DNA from: Mobula hypostoma
Taxonomy: Eukaryota
Length of the DNA stretch: 64,000 bases
Assembly (NCBI RefSeq): GCF_963921235.1
Contig: NC_086102.1
Location: forward strand, 141,732,001-141,796,000
Direction: 5' to 3'
Shown here: in pieces, positions 60,922 to 64,000 of the stretch
How positions within the stretch are numbered: position 1 is the first letter of the stretch
Layout of the letters: each line of letters begins with the position of its first letter
Made by a program: the position numbers and the translations under genes
Notes under the pieces: generated by a model
What the model was told of the DNA's origin: nothing
What the model saw: only the letters and a program-made list of their open reading frames with translations
Database searches by the model: none

Positions 60922-61922
60922 TACTGAGGAGGCAACTACAATGATGAGAATGTACCAGAGGGCTGTTGACCATTCATCCATGGTACGAGGTGATGAAACT
61001 CACTACACAAACTATAATTAATGGGCACTGGCACTTTATTGTCTCTGCACATACAACAATGGAACTATGTTGACCCTGTGTCAACAACTTAGAATATGAA
61101 TTCTACTCTTTCCTCACCCATACCACTTTTCCAATTTATAACACCGAAATAGGGGATTTCCGTTGGCCAGGTGATCAATCCTTTCTTCACCCAACTCCCG
61201 GTGTGAGGGTTCTTCCTGTAATGGTGGATCTCTTGATAGGATGCTCGAAGAGCCCACTTTTGTATTCGTTCCTTACCAATTCAAATATTGCATTGCAGTG
61301 TCATTGGCTGTAGGTCAAGGGTCTGACATTTAACTCCTTTTTATTGGCTCTGTTCCAGGCTCACATCCATTTATTACCCTCTTCCCAGCAAGTGACAATC
61401 AATAATTTATTGCTCTTGGTTCTCTTCAGTATCCAGCTCCAGTCACTCTAGGCAGGCACCAACCCCAGCATTCACAAACCTGCATGTTATATCAAGACAT
61501 CTCACAAATAACTTCTTATTTGAAAATTATCTCACACCCAGCAGATTTCTGAAACAACATTGTGTTTTCTTTAAAGCACAGAAAGCAATGCAACTTTATC
61601 TCACAAAATGGAAGATGTAAAGCAGTTCCACAAAGTGGCGGCTTCCATCCCCAACTACATGGCAGGAACAAAGGCAATTGATCTGTTTGCTTCTGTTGTC
61701 CTTGACACATTCGAGTTTGATGTTTTCCTTCATATTTTAAATCCTCCATGGCTAAGAGTGCAGACTTTTGTGGGCAGATGATGGAATTCATGGATGACTG
61801 CCCCCCTGTCTACGATCGTTTCCGTTACCGTGACATCCACTCCTGTCAGGTGATGGATGTTACTGGATCTTCTATGAACATCCCAACTACAGAAGTCAGC
61901 AGTACTTCCTGAGACCTAGGAA
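60922..61922 (+). pseudogene. Orphan gamma-crystallin exon-3 fragment (duplicate), split by a solo LTR
   Basis: tttattccag|tac TGA gga ggc... at 60922-60963; resumes ~61758 (gacttttgtgggcagatgatggaattcatggatgactgc...). There is a 1-bp deletion at ggatgttactgg, and the fragment is truncated after ctgagacct. Confidence 0.88.
60964..61757 (-). mobile_element. Solo LTR (~794 bp), uninterrupted duplicate of 38291-40654
   Basis: Starts TGTTGAC after GGGC and ends before GTGC; colinear with the other copy but lacks the Tigger. Confidence 0.7.
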
Positions 61923-62292
61923 GACCATGATATACAATGTCTGGGTTGCTCGGCTACTTGAGCAAATTCCAGGCAGCTACTGTAAAGCATAATGTTGTCT
62001 AGAGTAAGGTTTGGTGGACTCAGATAAAATGGCCTTTCCTAAGTTATTAATTCTGTGCTTTGAATTCTCTTGAACCCATACACAATCTTGTATAAGTTTT
62101 ATTACAGTGATTTGACAACTTACTTTTGCAGATAATATGGAATAAAGCATTCCTAGAAACTAATGTTCAAAAGAAAACAGAGATAGCCTTTAATCCACTA
62201 CAGTTCTAAATCTATTTTCAATTATGTGTCAGTAGATAAGATGCACTCGAGTAGAAAGTCATTCTTGATCATGTTGTTTTTTGCAAATAAAA

Positions 62293-64000
62293 TGAAGTGA
62301 GGCGTTTCATGTTTAATGAAACCCGTGACACATTTTATTGAACTGCAAAACCTCAACACAAAACCGTGCTAAACATCCTTACGTAACAGCGTCATCACGT
62401 CAGACCAGCCTCTTAAAGCGAAACCCTAACTCAATGTCGGTTGTTGTGAATTATGTACATTCCTCCCAATTACATCACCCTACACAGGCCCCACCCCAGA
62501 ATTCACTAAAATCGGCATTGTGAGCCTTTCTGGAGCTCGGATGAGCCGCCCGGCCCAGCTCCTGTATTCCATCGGTGGAGGAACTGCAGGTGCATCTGGC
62601 TTGTCCGCAGGAACGCTGACACACTCATGGTCATGATGTGACGTCAGGGGCTTGGCAGCGGAACACTCTAAATCTTGGTGGGCCGGTTTAAGGTGATCTG
62701 CTGAAATACAATCAGGTGTACACCTCTTATCCATGACAAAAGTCTTTTCTACCTGTTCCAAAACATAGAACGAGCCTTCATAAGAGGGTCTAAGGGATTG
62801 TTGGTGCGTGTCATGGTGGACAAAAACAAACGGGGTGGAATGTAGGTTACAGGAAACCAAAAGTGCTGTACGCCATGAGGGGAGGTTAGAATAGGTGTGA
62901 AGGAATTGAATTTACTGAAGAGGGAGGAATGCTATTGAGAGACCAACCAGGCTGTTGTGGCATCAGGAATGAAATCACCTGGCACTTGTAACATTCGTCC
63001 ATGATTCAAGTAAACTCACATGTAGTGGTGAATGCGCTTGGCAGAGTCATTGTGGGGAACTTACTGTAGGAGCAGGGTAATGACCTAAAGCCCTTGACAT
63101 CCACAAGCTGGCAGTCTTAAGATTGATTAATGGTCCTTGGGCATACAGGAAATCTGCACTGAGCAGGGGTCGAGCCACCTTAGCCAGGCAAAGTCCCATG
63201 TGTAATGTCACCCAATGCATCACCCGTCGTGTCCTGTGAGTCTGGATCCTGCTGCTGTTGGCGGCCTCTAGTGAGGTTTCGTCACCCTCTGCCTTCTCAT
63301 CAATAGGCGATGCCGGCAGTGCACCAACTTGAATACCTGTATCACATAAGAAGGGTCACCCTGAAATGGTGTCTGTAATGAACAGTCGATGCCCCTGGCA
63401 ATTGGAACCCATGGTGGTCACAGATCTCTGATATCCCGATGTGCTGGCACTGTCAAAGTTGCAAGGCGATTGGCAATTCCTCACATTCGTTCCAAAGCGA
63501 GTGTGGTAAAAACACAGACAGGGAGCAGTCTATTTCCTGGTGTTGAGGGCCTTGCTGACCGGGCTTATTGAGGTAGGGAGAGGAGGAGGAATGATACAGC
63601 ACTGCCTAGTTGAGTGTAGATTATCAGACATTTTAACAAGTTCCCTGTAATCCTTCATGGGTGCATTAGCAGGGGCCATGCGAACTTGCGCAGGAATTCG
63701 CTACATGAAGGGTTCTTTAAACATAATATAAAGATGGTGATTTCCCGGGAGAGACATCATGTGGTCCATTCGCCCCAATGGTCTAACAATGCTGAGACTG
63801 GGTAGAGAGAGCAATTGATTGGTTGGTGTGCTCGGACTCCAATAGTCCAAAAGTCTGTAAAAGTTGAGTTTTCAGCGATTGGTATTAATGGTGTACAGGC
63901 GGGTGCAGACTCACCCCTCTCATGGTCGTGGACTTGCTGAGCAACGCCACCATATCATAGATTTTGGTGTCACTGGCAGGGCAGTAATTTCTCACAGAGG
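62293..64000 (-). mobile_element. Duplicate of the degraded Gypsy element with a ~2.2-kb internal deletion; runs off the window
   Basis: LTR 62293-62484 and integrase C-terminus (RPSYEGSFYVLE). At ~62995-63015 the alignment jumps from the equivalent of 41882 to ~44095. Confidence 0.85.

Larger units (their letters stand above)
53530..64000 (+). repeat. Segmental duplicate of ~32040-45090 (gene + downstream block + pseudo-exon + Gypsy)
   Basis: Colinear high similarity, including a shared intron-2 insert (33700-34350 vs 55050-55700), the solo-LTR-split pseudo-exon and the Gypsy remnant. Confidence 0.92.

Noticed and set aside
1-64000. CRISPR array, prokaryotic operon or novel multi-gene system
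   Set aside because: The DNA is intron-containing vertebrate sequence with no repeat-spacer arrays. All RT, nuclease and integrase ORFs are explained by known transposon classes.

Overview
This is vertebrate genomic DNA, probably from a cartilaginous fish (shark or ray); the taxon is inferred from the repeat families and crystallin type, not shown directly. The window is a tandem cluster of gamma-crystallin genes. Four intact three-exon genes lie on the + strand (ATG at 3190, 16198, 32678, 54045; 175 aa each), plus two orphan, TE-disrupted exon-3 pseudo-fragments (38249-40825 and 60922-61922). The genes sit in duplicated units filled with transposons: two near-identical young CR1 LINEs in inverted orientation around gene 2, older CR1, Rex1/Babar, RTE and Tx1-like LINE remnants, a complete but dead Mag-type Gypsy provirus, a second duplicated Gypsy, solo LTRs, an internally deleted Tigger, V-SINE/tRNA-derived SINEs, and a Penelope-like element with a GIY-YIG endonuclease. 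The most notable observations are: (1) intact minimal hammerhead ribozyme motifs in the Penelope pseudo-LTRs, with catalytically dead copies on the sense strand of every crystallin intron 2; (2) a GT/GC splice-donor switch in intron 1 that conflicts with the duplication history, suggesting gene conversion; (3) shared RT-motif mutations in the inverted CR1 pair; (4) a nested exon<LTR<Tigger<hairpin structure that orders the duplication events. I found no evidence for a wholly new multi-gene system. Most short ORFs in the track are TE-derived or spurious.
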